Source of the DNA: a virus
Lineage: Duplodnaviria; Heunggongvirae; Uroviricota; Caudoviricetes
Length of the DNA: 64,000 bases
IMG/VR virus record: IMGVR_UViG_3300015365_000054
Direction: 5' to 3' (one strand)
Of the stretch, positions 1-11,201 are shown piece after piece. Numbering within the stretch: position 1 is the first letter of the stretch; each line of letters begins with the position of its first letter. The translations under genes were made by a program, and so were the position numbers. The notes beneath the pieces are model-generated. The model was not told the origin of the DNA. It searched no databases and saw only the letters and a list, made by a program, of their open reading frames with translations.

Positions 1-2530
1 TTATGATATTCAATCTTTCCTTATTGATTATTGGTGATACATCAGAATCAGTTGTAGATAACTCAATAGCAACATTCATGGATTCTTTACTACCAGCAAC
101 AACCACTTTTTGTCGTGATGATGTGGTAGATACTGAGGATATTGCCAAATCACTACCAAAATTATACATTGTATTTACTGGAATATATGTATAAGGTAAT
201 ACGTTTCCAAACGTATCGGTTGTTGACATTTTGTATTTTGTGGTTGTTGGTTTTGGATCATATTCTGTTGATGATATAACAACAGAGTCCATTGCAATAT
301 TAGAATATGCAGGTTTTGCATATGTTGTAATTGCGCCAGATGTTACAAATGAGCATTTGTTGATCCTGAACATAAGATCTTGGGTTAATATTGGCGACCA
401 TAATGAAGCATTTTGTGATTTATATAACAATCCGACATATGGCTGATCAGATATTCTTCTTGCTGGATTCGAGCCTAGTACAGAACCCCCAACTTCAGCA
501 ACATATACACTATATTCCGGTGAATCTGATGATATGGTTATTGCATATGTTGTATTGTTCTCCAGATACACTGGATCATTGAATTTAAATTTCGTTGCGG
601 TTGACGAATTGTTTGCACTAGGAATAGTTGATAAATTAACACTACTCCAAGGTACATTCTTTTCGGCAATTATGTTATTGGTAGGTACTTCGTTTTCTAC
701 TTCTACTATTCGTACAGTTACTGATAATTTTGAATCGATATCGGAATATGATGTTGGTTTTGTAGCAAACCATAAATCAACAGATGAAACATATATTCCA
801 TATGAAGTTTTTACTTCACCATTTACTAGTGTATTAGATGATGGGACAAAGAATGTTTGAGCAACAGGATCAAAACCTGTTGCTGTCCATGAATATCTTC
901 TGGATGGTACTGTTGGATTTACGGCACTAACTGTGTTTACTGGTTGACCATAACTAAGATATCTATACCAATTACCTGCTCCGGTTGGATCTGTTTGATA
1001 TGGAATAGCACTGCTGAATGGTGGTGCAACCGTCGTAGTTATTATCGTAGGGACTAATGGTGTAGCATATCCACCAGTAGTCACTGTATATTTGGCAGAG
1101 CATCTCATTAGATAATTATTATCATCCGCAGTAGCCGTATCGGTTATTACGAATAAACCTTCCCCAGCTGGGAATTTAGCATCGTTATATTCTGGTATGT
1201 TAAATACACCCGCAGCAACACCATAATCATCCACAACTTGCGGACCAATACTATACCTAGAATTGGATGATAACGCAGGGAAATTAGTTGATACTGTTAT
1301 CTGATTACCATTAGATACAGCAGAAATTGTTCTTGATGCGCCATATCCAGTACCAGATACAATCTTGATTTCTTTTCCTATAATAGTGGAGGATACATTT
1401 CCTTGTGCATATAATGTATTGCCAGATGTACTGGATTTGACATCCAATACACCACCTGATCTATGTTCGTATGCAATAACCGTATCCACGAAACTGGAAT
1501 CTTTGGTTTTTATTATGTTACTTCCGGCAGGAAATGGTGTTTTTTGTGGTATTATGATATTCGTATTAGATGAATTTGTAGTATCCCATGTGGAACCAGT
1601 TATCATGGTTGACACATTGGATAATATAGTACTGTTAATTTTTCTTATGGTACTATCCACACCATCCTTACCACTTCGGAATGTACCCAGTTCAGGCACA
1701 ATAGCAAGTATTCCGGTAGCATAATTCCAATACGCAACTCTTCCTTCAAATACAGTGGATGTTTGTATGGTTTCTAATCCAGGTGGGAATCTAGCATTGA
1801 ATACTGTTGTTCCGGATCCTGTTCCACCGCTTGCAGTGGTTATTACTGCTGCAAACGCACCATTCCCGCCAGTATTAGTTGCACTATATGATACGGTATG
1901 CACACCAGCCGTGGTTATAGTGAAAGCCACACCACTTCCGGAAGCATATCCATTATATGTCCAATTTTTATATGGAGATGATATAAGAGCACCATCAACA
2001 TATACACTTGCATAATCATCCGCAGCACAATATAGATAATATGTTCCTGCTGTATCAAAAGATACCTTATATGATCGTGTTTCTGAAGTTGCAACATCAA
2101 CAGCAAAATTATTTACCCAACTACTATATCTATAATAGGATTTTGGTCCTGGTGCTGTTTGTCCATATGAATTCGTTCTAGTTAAAACTTGTTGATATAC
2201 TAGATCACCAACAGCATAATAATTTGCTGCTAAAGTATTGGCTGCGTATGGGGTAACATTTATCGTTATGTAATTCTGGTCTAGGTATATGTAATTATTT
2301 GATGTTGCCATTACCGTAGCAAAAGCATTGGTTGTCGTGTTCAATATACCATCACCAACCATCAAGGTTGATACGTTGGCGGTATTAGCAACCTCAACAC
2401 GATTACCTTGTTGACAATAACTATTTACTGATATACCGTTGAAAAAACAATTAGCTGTTCTATCTGGATTTAATGAGTTTCCAGTATAGATTATCTGATT
2501 TTGTCTAGCATATCTTGTTATTAAATCCAT
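1..2530 (-). CDS. large virion structural protein (tail-fibre or baseplate-associated), partial: ATG at 2530, runs off the window start (at least 843 aa)
   Basis: Continuous minus-strand frame from ATG 2530..2528 to position 2, absent from the ORF track only because no stop lies inside the window. Ser/Thr/Gly/Asn-rich composition like the neighbouring fibre proteins. Plus-strand ORFs 3..2015 are antisense artefacts. Confidence 0.5.
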   Translation of the reverse strand, partial: MDLITRYARQNQIIYTGNSLNPDRTANCFFNGISVNSYCQQGNRVEVANTANVSTLMVGDGILNTTTNAFATVMATSNNYIYLDQNYITINVTPYAANTLAANYYAVGDLVYQQVLTRTNSYGQTAPGPKSYYRYSSWVNNFAVDVATSETRSYKVSFDTAGTYYLYCAADDYASVYVDGALISSPYKNWTYNGYASGSGVAFTITTAGVHTVSYSATNTGGNGAFAAVITTASGGTGSGTTVFNARFPPGLETIQTSTVFEGRVAYWNYATGILAIVPELGTFRSGKDGVDSTIRKINSTILSNVSTMITGSTWDTTNSSNTNIIIPQKTPFPAGSNIIKTKDSSFVDTVIAYEHRSGGVLDVKSSTSGNTLYAQGNVSSTIIGKEIKIVSGTGYGASRTISAVSNGNQITVSTNFPALSSNSRYSIGPQVVDDYGVAAGVFNIPEYNDAKFPAGEGLFVITDTATADDNNYLMRCSAKYTVTTGGYATPLVPTIITTTVAPPFSSAIPYQTDPTGAGNWYRYLSYGQPVNTVSAVNPTVPSRRYSWTATGFDPVAQTFFVPSSNTLVNGEVKTSYGIYVSSVDLWFATKPTSYSDIDSKLSVTVRIVEVENEVPTNNIIAEKNVPWSSVNLSTIPSANNSSTATKFKFNDPVYLENNTTYAITISSDSPEYSVYVAEVGGSVLGSNPARRISDQPYVGLLYKSQNASLWSPILTQDLMFRINKCSFVTSGAITTYAKPAYSNIAMDSVVISSTEYDPKPTTTKYKMSTTDTFGNVLPYTYIPVNTMYNFGSDLAISSVSTTSSRQKVVVAGSKESMNVAIELSTTDSDVSPIINKERLNII

Positions 2531-2548
2531 GTGTATTGACCTAATTTA

Positions 2549-5500
2549 TTAAATGTTATTTTTTGTGGGAATCCCACCAGTAGATGTGGTTGGCGCAGCA
2601 CCATATACGGATGTTACCGGATTAGCATAATAATTTTGACTACTTACGATAACACCACTAGGTGTAGTAGGTAATATTGGTCGTGTCTCCAGCACATCTG
2701 GTGGTATATTTAGTGAGAACCAGAAATCAGAATCAGGATTCAATTTAAGATTACCATCAAATTTACCAAATAAGAAAGGATTCACCGTAACCTGTGTGGT
2801 TGCTGATGGCTGTTCTATTGCAGTTGTTTCTGTATAATTCAATACAATGCTCTTATCACCAACATATATAAGAGAACTATCATATGCACCAACTTGAAGT
2901 TGTGTACTGTTAAGATTTGCATATGCACCAAGTTTATTGTTTTCAATGGAGCATTTAAAATCGGGTGATAATGTATCTGCTGTGGAGAAATCAATGAAGC
3001 TATCCACAAGAATTCCATATTTTTCTTTTTGTGTTGCGTTATCTTTGTATAGTAGAACCTTATCCTTTGCTGTTTTTTCGGACAAACTCAAAGCAGTGTA
3101 ATACTCAATATTCTGTACTCTTTGTTCAAGATTACCTATATCTTGCATCGTATATCGTTTATGTTTAGTTAACGTTACATTAACATCGGACGGGAAATAT
3201 GTATATGCAGGTATACTTAATCTAAATAATTCCATGGAATTTGTATTATCCATTGGCGGAACCGGATTCTTTGCTGGTACACCAGATAACAATTTCATCT
3301 CTTTACTTTTTGTGAGAACAATTTTGTCTATTCTTGGTACATAGTATGCATACGTTAATCTAAAGACATCACTTGGTGATGGGGTTTTTGATCCATAATA
3401 CGTATTGGCAATATCTAATTTGACCCTAGTTGCTCTGAAATCAATACAATCACGTAAATTATATTCTGTACCATCTGATGTTATGAATGTGGGGATCGAA
3501 TTGTTTACATAATCTGATACATTCAGATATGAATCCACAGTGAAATACCCATTAGGACTACTGCTATGATCATAATATTGAGCCAATACAACAATACGTC
3601 CAGCCGGAACAGTTGCATTGGATTTTAGAACTATGCTGGCATGATCATATGTGGTTAATGTTTGTCCGGAATTTAGATAAAATCTATCTGTTATATCAAT
3701 TGCATTGCTTGGATTAGGATCAACCGAATTATCCCCAGAGGAATATATCTTCTTTATTCGGAACACATCAGGAAGGTATAGCGAAGTTTTTCCTTGCGGG
3801 TTTTTGTTGATGACAGTAGGATCAGTGAACCAAATAAACCCATTCGTGGTATTTACCTTAACCGATGTTTGTCCGGTAACTGAAGTTGTACCTGTACCAG
3901 ACAAATCACCGCTGGATAGTGTAGTTGTTGTATCATCACCGATTTTTGTTTTCGTTCGTAGATTTGGATTAGTACTTACAAGACTTCTATCCCAATTCGA
4001 TCTAACTTTAACAATGACATCAACTTTTGCTGTTGCACTGGCTGTTGTTCTATTTAAATTTAATGTTATTGATTGGTTTGTTGTTCTGGACACATATCCG
4101 ACACCACCCCCACCACTACCCGATAAATTTAATATTTCGCCGTTAGCTGTTACTGAGTTATTTGCCGACACCACGCATATGATGTTGTCATTGGCAGAAA
4201 CACCAACATTTGATCCATCAGTACCGAAATTAAATGTTTCATCACCAGATAATGTTATTGTTGCTTGTCCGGTAGTACTTAAAGTCAATCCCTTTATAAA
4301 TTTCTCATAAACAAAATCTGCTTTTGTTATGGAATTGTTTGCAATATGATCTTCTGGTAATTTGTATATGAATGAATTGATACTAGGATCATACATTATT
4401 GTAGAATTTGCTGCATCCTTACTAGTACTGGATATATCCATACTAACATTAAATACGGTCTTATTAGTCGATACTTCCACCATTGAATCTGTATCAGTAA
4501 TACCATACAAGAATGCTATATTACATGATGCTGTTGGAGTGACAGTGAATGTTCCTTGAATCGTCAGTGTTTTAGTGCCATCAGTGCCGCTATAACTCAA
4601 TACCTTTTTAACATCGCCAGCTGCTGCACCATCAAGCACTTTTATGGTTGTATTGGCATACGCATTAACCAAATTGCTATAATAAGCAGGAAGAGTTATC
4701 GTACTTATGGTTGGAACTGGTGATGCTACTGTTGCGACATTGGATACCATATTAACATTTGACAAATACATCGCATATTCTTTTGAATTTTTTCGGATCA
4801 CATTCAGAACGGTTGCTGATCCCATATATGTGGTATTATAACCAAGAAGGGATGTTGTATTAATATTACAAGATGGTACGCAATGCAAATCTATGGTTGG
4901 TAACTTGGTGATATCAAACATACCATTACTGGTATTTGATGTCGCAGCGGAATTTGTAGAAATAACATTAGATACATACAAATAATTGCCATAATTCATT
5001 GATAGGTCATAATCTGATGATGTATTTTGTGATCTTGCTTTAGGTATATTCAATACAGTTGAACCAACTGTTTCAAACTCATAACCGTTGATATAAGCCT
5101 TGCCCGGAGAAATACTAGCGACGAAATAATCATCCGATGTTGTATTAGCAGCAACAGAGATGGAGAAATCTTTTACAATATAATCACCAGATTCATCATA
5201 TGTTCGTCTTGCCAATGTCTTTTCCAATTCTGAGTATATTGGATAATCAACTTGCTTGGTGACAACACCATTTTCTACACGAAGCAACTCGAAAAACTTT
5301 TGATCTTCTATTGAAGTGAGGGATCGCTTTGCTAGATTTAGGCTAAATTTGTACCTTGCCGCACCAGGTGCTTGATAGTTAAATGAATCTTGTGCAGGAT
5401 CCAGTAAGTTGGCATCATCATTTTCATCCACAATAACATCATCTATTTCCAATCCAACTCTAAATGATGGTGTATTGCTATATGAATCCAGTACGATTGT

Positions 5501-6040
5501 TTGCCCAGCAACCTGCACGAAATATCCATCAACATAGAAAATACCATCATTAATTGATACTGTTGATCCAATGCCAGTACTAGTACTATCAAGTATTAGT
5601 TGTGCTGTTGGATTACCTGTAATTGTTTCAATTACATCCCCACCAGTGAATGGTCCACCACTCATATATGTAACCATGAGTGTTGGGTACTGCTGTGTGT
5701 CATCAACAGCAATTACTTTTGAGCGTACACCATTAGAATTGAATATAACTTTATCGATAAATTCACTAGAATCAACGTCAACGTTATTATATACTGGGTC
5801 TAATTTCAGATATTGTGCTTTTGTGTTTAGAGATAAATGACCACCAGTTACAGGAGAACCATCAGTGAATACATGATCACCAAAGTTCTTTATTTGATTC
5901 TGTAGAATTGATTGTATCTGGGTGAGTTCTCTAGCCTGAACAGCATATTCTGGGCGAAAGAGAATTTTCATGTAATTCTCGTCTTTTGCTCCATTTGTGC
6001 TTTCGAAATCATCCCAAAACGGTTCTGCGTTAAAATCCAT
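2549..6040 (-). CDS. baseplate or short-tail-fibre structural protein (gp10-position homologue?), 1163 aa
   Basis: Large Ser/Thr/Asn-rich beta-type protein in the baseplate operon, directly downstream of the gp8-like gene. Only 11 nt separate it from the neighbouring gene. Confidence 0.4.
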   Translation of the reverse strand: MDFNAEPFWDDFESTNGAKDENYMKILFRPEYAVQARELTQIQSILQNQIKNFGDHVFTDGSPVTGGHLSLNTKAQYLKLDPVYNNVDVDSSEFIDKVIFNSNGVRSKVIAVDDTQQYPTLMVTYMSGGPFTGGDVIETITGNPTAQLILDSTSTGIGSTVSINDGIFYVDGYFVQVAGQTIVLDSYSNTPSFRVGLEIDDVIVDENDDANLLDPAQDSFNYQAPGAARYKFSLNLAKRSLTSIEDQKFFELLRVENGVVTKQVDYPIYSELEKTLARRTYDESGDYIVKDFSISVAANTTSDDYFVASISPGKAYINGYEFETVGSTVLNIPKARSQNTSSDYDLSMNYGNYLYVSNVISTNSAATSNTSNGMFDITKLPTIDLHCVPSCNINTTSLLGYNTTYMGSATVLNVIRKNSKEYAMYLSNVNMVSNVATVASPVPTISTITLPAYYSNLVNAYANTTIKVLDGAAAGDVKKVLSYSGTDGTKTLTIQGTFTVTPTASCNIAFLYGITDTDSMVEVSTNKTVFNVSMDISSTSKDAANSTIMYDPSINSFIYKLPEDHIANNSITKADFVYEKFIKGLTLSTTGQATITLSGDETFNFGTDGSNVGVSANDNIICVVSANNSVTANGEILNLSGSGGGGVGYVSRTTNQSITLNLNRTTASATAKVDVIVKVRSNWDRSLVSTNPNLRTKTKIGDDTTTTLSSGDLSGTGTTSVTGQTSVKVNTTNGFIWFTDPTVINKNPQGKTSLYLPDVFRIKKIYSSGDNSVDPNPSNAIDITDRFYLNSGQTLTTYDHASIVLKSNATVPAGRIVVLAQYYDHSSSPNGYFTVDSYLNVSDYVNNSIPTFITSDGTEYNLRDCIDFRATRVKLDIANTYYGSKTPSPSDVFRLTYAYYVPRIDKIVLTKSKEMKLLSGVPAKNPVPPMDNTNSMELFRLSIPAYTYFPSDVNVTLTKHKRYTMQDIGNLEQRVQNIEYYTALSLSEKTAKDKVLLYKDNATQKEKYGILVDSFIDFSTADTLSPDFKCSIENNKLGAYANLNSTQLQVGAYDSSLIYVGDKSIVLNYTETTAIEQPSATTQVTVNPFLFGKFDGNLKLNPDSDFWFSLNIPPDVLETRPILPTTPSGVIVSSQNYYANPVTSVYGAAPTTSTGGIPTKNNI

Positions 6041-6051
6041 GTGGTTTTACC

Positions 6052-7452
6052 TTAAAAACTTAATACAAATTTAAACTGTGTTGTTTCGTCCAAAGACCTA
6101 TTGAATTTTGTACTATTCTCTATATATAGAAGATTGCCACTATACTTTTTCAATGGTGAAACTTCTTCGATCATAATACTATCCCCATTACCATTACTAT
6201 CTGCTATATTTAGTGGTAGTAAACTGACCCCACTAGAATTAACTAATTTTCCTGTTATATTAGACAAATAGAGTAGACTTCCGCTTGTCTTGTTTAATAC
6301 GTGATCAACTATCCCAGAAAATGTAATTGTATTATCTGCTTGGTTTTTGTGAAATACCGTTGAACCATGACTAAATGGAGCACTACCACTTGTTGTATAT
6401 TTATTAGTTGCTCTGTATTTAGTGTCTATAGCCAAGGCATTATTTGCCATGAGTCTTGGGGAATTTATTATTCCAATTTGTCTGGTATAGTGATATTCCC
6501 CAGCACTTATTGGGAAATATCCACCTTCATCACCTTCTATATCAACAGATACCATTAGGTTTGATGCGCCCAATTCTTTCACCACATCCGAACCATGCCC
6601 GCCAGCAGGACCTATAACTGCTAGGAGTGACCCATTAGCAGTCCCAGCTATCTTCAATGGATCATTTAATGTTAATGTGGCATTTCTATACCCATAACCA
6701 GCATCTATAATATTATAATCAACAATGTTCGCACCATTAGCAGCTGTTGTTGATACCTTTAACGTAATTATCGCATCTTCACCATCACCAGATACTGTTA
6801 CGATTGATAGGCTATTGGCATTACTGTTTGCATTATATCCAGCACCCGCAACTGGTATTTTAATAATATCCAATCTACCATCAACTGCGCTATTTGTAAC
6901 GATACTTTCTGATACAACTGGCATGAAATCTGATGTGAAAAACTTTTGTTTTAACCCCGATGGAATGGTGTACATATATTTCCACTTATATCCATCAGAT
7001 GTGATTATATACGCGCTTTCCGGTAGTTGACCATCAATACGTATTTCCGGCATAACTGTTGATGGTGCAGAATTATTGTTGTATAAACACTTGAATATCT
7101 GATCCTTCGTATTTCTTGCATAGAAGTTATAGTAATATTTTGTGCTGGAATCTGATACTTTCTTTAATAATTCTGTGCTACCAGAATACTCCGTATATAC
7201 TGTGCCAGTTGTCCAATCAACTCTAGGGATAACTAGATTTATGTCTGCTGGAGTTATCTGCTTCATTCCAATCATATTATCCCAATAATCAAAGAATGTA
7301 CTAGATGCATCTGTTGGTGTCGGTGGTGAACTCTCATCAGTCCAAGATGCACATTTACCAAAAGTAATGTATGTGTGTCCAACAGTGGAGATATATCTTT
7401 CGAAATTTAATGCATTGAATACTCCGAAATAATTTGTAAATAGTGAACTCAT
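6052..7452 (-). CDS. baseplate wedge protein, gp8-position homologue (466 aa)
   Basis: Lies between the gp7-like and gp10-like genes as in the T4 order 6-7-8-10. No sequence motif was recognised with confidence. Confidence 0.3.
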   Translation of the reverse strand: MSSLFTNYFGVFNALNFERYISTVGHTYITFGKCASWTDESSPPTPTDASSTFFDYWDNMIGMKQITPADINLVIPRVDWTTGTVYTEYSGSTELLKKVSDSSTKYYYNFYARNTKDQIFKCLYNNNSAPSTVMPEIRIDGQLPESAYIITSDGYKWKYMYTIPSGLKQKFFTSDFMPVVSESIVTNSAVDGRLDIIKIPVAGAGYNANSNANSLSIVTVSGDGEDAIITLKVSTTAANGANIVDYNIIDAGYGYRNATLTLNDPLKIAGTANGSLLAVIGPAGGHGSDVVKELGASNLMVSVDIEGDEGGYFPISAGEYHYTRQIGIINSPRLMANNALAIDTKYRATNKYTTSGSAPFSHGSTVFHKNQADNTITFSGIVDHVLNKTSGSLLYLSNITGKLVNSSGVSLLPLNIADSNGNGDSIMIEEVSPLKKYSGNLLYIENSTKFNRSLDETTQFKFVLSF

Positions 7453-7463
7453 GTTTCCCTCAA

Positions 7464-10400
7464 TTAATCTGGAATATAATTAGTTTTGATAATTTCATAA
7501 TTCTCTGCATTTATCTTCGATGATACATTATATGATACGTTATTCTTTGTATATACAATACCTGAACTTGTATTTAGGGTAATTGTATTACCCGTCACAC
7601 CAATAACAGATTTGGTTACCAATCCATTACCATATATGGCAATATTACTGGTTGCCGTTGGAGCCACACCTAACGCTGGTGATAAGTATGCTATTTTTGT
7701 TACTCCATTATATTCAACAATAGTGCTAGTATTTGGCTGCACTGTCGAATTCAACACTTGAAGTGTCATTCCAGTATAGTAATCACTGGTATTTGCCATA
7801 TAATTACTGGTATTTATATTGACTGTGCTGGTTGTATTACCACTTCCCGTTGTTAGGTTTGCTGTAATATAACTTGATCCCACATTGAAAGTCATTCTAT
7901 CAGAATTGTCATATTGTATATTCAATAAATTTCTAGTATATGAGAAACTACCACTACTTGTGCCAACCCCACTTTGCCAACTGGTGAATTTCACCTTGTA
8001 ATATTTATCATTAATTGTATCATGCATTACCAGATCATAATTTGGTGTATTTACGGATGTGTCACCAGTTGCAGCAGTTATTGTTGTGTAATATGTTCTT
8101 GTTTTTACATCCGTTAGTGTTGTCCAGCCACTTGCATTCCATAGAACACCAGTCACAGGCAATGAGCTACTACCAACTACATTCGTTAATGGATTATATA
8201 CTGAGCCAGCCTCACCACATCTTGTGATATAGACATTATTATCCACATAATCCGCAGCTTGAGCATATATTGTTGTCGATGATACTGGTTGACCAACATC
8301 ACGACTCAATTGCCAATAAGAACCCGAACTAACATACTCAACAACATACACATTAGCACCAATCAGATTTGTCGTGTCGTGTATATACATACCAGCAACT
8401 ATTCCACCAAGAGTTGGTGTTGGTGTGCCTATGTATAATTGATTATTGGCTGTGCCACCAATAGATCCACCAAACCCAGTTCCTGCTCTGGTAAATGAAT
8501 GAGTAGGTCCTAGCCCCACACTGGTTACTGTGGATATTGGTGTGGTGGTGTTTAATACCGGATAATCATTGGATGACATCACAACCGATGCATTCATGGC
8601 ATTCACGTATAATTTACCATCACCAAAGACTGCGCATGGACTTTCTATTGTTAGATGGTTGTTATCGACAACACTTGTTATCACTTTATTGAAAATTATA
8701 CCAGAATGCTCTATTCTGATGATATCATTTGCCGCAGCCACTGATGTTAGCGTATCACCACTGTATGTAACAACAGAAGTTGATCCATATGCAATATTGC
8801 AATTGGATATGCTAGTGTTGGAATTAACAACTTCAATATGAACATTGATTGTTGAGTGTTCATTCACCTTTTTATTGATCTGTCGTGTGTACACCGGAAG
8901 TAATTTTGTTCCAGCCGGATGCACAATATCTAATATAGACTTCGAATATTCTGAATATTGAATGTCTGACTGTATTCCATATGAAAAGTTGTGGTATTTA
9001 TTTGATCCTTGTAATTTTTTATCTGAACTCACCTGACCATCTGTGTTCATGTAGTATCCATTATATTTAATGATACCATTGGAGAATGATACATTAGCTT
9101 TAGCTTTACCGTCACCATACTTACGGAATAATGCAGGACTACCATTTATGATAACTGGCACTATTGTTGTGTTTATTGTTTCTGTTGATGATTTATATAC
9201 AACCAAATTAGATGATTGTGTTGGTGTACCTGAATAATTAAATACTCTAACTATGCTATTGGCTGTATCATAACTATCCACAGTAGAGTAGAATGATGCC
9301 GTATTTACGTTAGATCCCTGATAGATTATATCCCCATCAATTATGTGGTCATTTTCACTGAGTGGGGATATTTTAATATCCATTATTTTGAGTGATACTA
9401 TTGGTGTGGTTCCATAACCAACTCCCCTATCATCAACAATTATATCGCGTATTTGCCCAACTCTACCACTAACAGATGATAATGATTCACCATCACCAAG
9501 TAGAATTGGAGTTAAGATTGCACCAGATCCACCAGATGAATTTATTGTTATAGTAGGAGGATTTCTATATCCCTCTCCGGTGAAGTTCGTAGAGCTTGTT
9601 TCATAGTCATGTAGTGTAACTGCTGATATAGTGCCACTACCAGTAACTGATATAGTAGCAGACGCACCATAACCATCACCAACAAAGGTTAATGTATCAG
9701 ATGCACTGTAACCAACACCACCAGCAGATATTTTAATCTTGGCAATTTTACCCAATCCTTTTATATTACACCTAGAATCCAAGGTGGATCCAAAATCACT
9801 TATATTTGAATCAAGAATATTGGATTCAAATTTTCTATTTAAATAGGCTTTATTGGTTGCTCCATCATATCTTATGATAGATCTGGCTTGGTTACCTACA
9901 TGCAATAACCAGTTTGTGTAGTAATCATCAACTGAAGATACACCAACATGTGATAGCACAACCGTGGCAGCAACATTATCATAATTTAATAGGCTTGTGG
10001 TTATGATTGTGCCGGATGCATCCGTATCATATAGGGAGATGGCATCAAATGATGGAGTGTCTTTATAGAATGATCCAGAGCTTTCTACCATAATTGTTTT
10101 TATTGGTGATATACTCAAATCATTATATTGTAGATTTAATATATCAGATACCGTATTGGATATGTTTCTTGGAGGAGATGCCATTGTCGTAAATGGTGTT
10201 CCACTCAATAGTGTATCTCTGTGATTATATATTGATCCAGTGTAAACTCTAATAGGTATTGCATTTCCGGTATCTACAGAATCAACTTCCAACAGAGTAC
10301 CACTACCCGTATCAGTGCTAATATCTATCAGTGTTGAATATGTGCTGAAACCAAAACCCCCATCAAGAACATTAATGGCATCTATTGATCCGGTTGACAC

Positions 10401-11198
10401 GTTACCAACATGAGCAACAGCCTTTCGTGTTGTGGGAAGTGTCTTATCTAATCCACCGCTAATAACAACTGGATCACCCGTATTATATTGTGTCCCCCTA
10501 TAGCTTGGATTTGGTGTTATATTAGAAATAGCACCTATGATTTTCGCAGAAAACGTCTGCGAAATCCCATCGTCATCCAAATAGTTGATTACTAGATCTT
10601 CTCCGTTCTGGAAGAATCTATTAATGTTTGATATGAATAATTCCAGAATTTCGGTATTGCTTGATGTATCTATCCGTAGATACGCAGATTCCACCACACA
10701 ACTCGCCTTTGATAGGGAACCATAGGCTTTTCTCTTTTCCAGTAATTTTATATTGATGTTGGTATTTGTTATACTTAATCTTATGGATTGTGGCTGCACC
10801 CATTTACCATCAGATGCTTTTAATATTTGTAATTTAGGAAAGAATATATCTAAATCTTTGTTGTATAACACCCTGAATAGGAATTTGAATGATTCTGGTG
10901 TACCCTTCTTAGCATAGAAGTCTCTTGATGCTTTAATTATTCTTTCTGTTGATAATGCTGTTTCTTCTGGGAAAGATGGTAGTATTTTGCTCTTAAAATA
11001 TTTTAAGAGTGATTCGCGTGTTGCATCAATATCATAATTATCTTGAAATTTCTTTAATTCGTATATGGGATTGCTTGGTTGTTCAAGAAACTCATAATAC
11101 TTTTGAAGAAATTCAACAAAAATAGGATGTTCTTCCCTGATAAATCTAGGAAGCTGATCATTGATTAGTATTGATACTTTGTTTGTGCTAATTGTCAT
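7464..11198 (-). CDS. baseplate wedge initiator, gp7-like (1244 aa)
   Basis: Very large protein immediately downstream of gp6, matching T4 gp7 in size class and position. Confidence 0.45.
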   Translation of the reverse strand: MTISTNKVSILINDQLPRFIREEHPIFVEFLQKYYEFLEQPSNPIYELKKFQDNYDIDATRESLLKYFKSKILPSFPEETALSTERIIKASRDFYAKKGTPESFKFLFRVLYNKDLDIFFPKLQILKASDGKWVQPQSIRLSITNTNINIKLLEKRKAYGSLSKASCVVESAYLRIDTSSNTEILELFISNINRFFQNGEDLVINYLDDDGISQTFSAKIIGAISNITPNPSYRGTQYNTGDPVVISGGLDKTLPTTRKAVAHVGNVSTGSIDAINVLDGGFGFSTYSTLIDISTDTGSGTLLEVDSVDTGNAIPIRVYTGSIYNHRDTLLSGTPFTTMASPPRNISNTVSDILNLQYNDLSISPIKTIMVESSGSFYKDTPSFDAISLYDTDASGTIITTSLLNYDNVAATVVLSHVGVSSVDDYYTNWLLHVGNQARSIIRYDGATNKAYLNRKFESNILDSNISDFGSTLDSRCNIKGLGKIAKIKISAGGVGYSASDTLTFVGDGYGASATISVTGSGTISAVTLHDYETSSTNFTGEGYRNPPTITINSSGGSGAILTPILLGDGESLSSVSGRVGQIRDIIVDDRGVGYGTTPIVSLKIMDIKISPLSENDHIIDGDIIYQGSNVNTASFYSTVDSYDTANSIVRVFNYSGTPTQSSNLVVYKSSTETINTTIVPVIINGSPALFRKYGDGKAKANVSFSNGIIKYNGYYMNTDGQVSSDKKLQGSNKYHNFSYGIQSDIQYSEYSKSILDIVHPAGTKLLPVYTRQINKKVNEHSTINVHIEVVNSNTSISNCNIAYGSTSVVTYSGDTLTSVAAANDIIRIEHSGIIFNKVITSVVDNNHLTIESPCAVFGDGKLYVNAMNASVVMSSNDYPVLNTTTPISTVTSVGLGPTHSFTRAGTGFGGSIGGTANNQLYIGTPTPTLGGIVAGMYIHDTTNLIGANVYVVEYVSSGSYWQLSRDVGQPVSSTTIYAQAADYVDNNVYITRCGEAGSVYNPLTNVVGSSSLPVTGVLWNASGWTTLTDVKTRTYYTTITAATGDTSVNTPNYDLVMHDTINDKYYKVKFTSWQSGVGTSSGSFSYTRNLLNIQYDNSDRMTFNVGSSYITANLTTGSGNTTSTVNINTSNYMANTSDYYTGMTLQVLNSTVQPNTSTIVEYNGVTKIAYLSPALGVAPTATSNIAIYGNGLVTKSVIGVTGNTITLNTSSGIVYTKNNVSYNVSSKINAENYEIIKTNYIPD

Positions 11199-11201
11199 CT
11201 A

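Noticed and set aside
3-2106. Plus-strand ORFs (63-119 aa) listed at the window start
   Set aside because: They lie antisense within one continuous minus-strand structural gene (ATG at 2530, open to the window edge). Their composition mirrors the Ser/Thr/Asn codons of the sense strand.
3705-5840. Antisense ORFs inside the large structural genes, for example 3705..4310 and 5571..5840, and similar ORFs inside gp7-like, gp6 and gp5 such as 14136..14897
   Set aside because: They are embedded in much longer, motif-supported minus-strand genes and have low-complexity hydrophobic translations typical of shadow ORFs.
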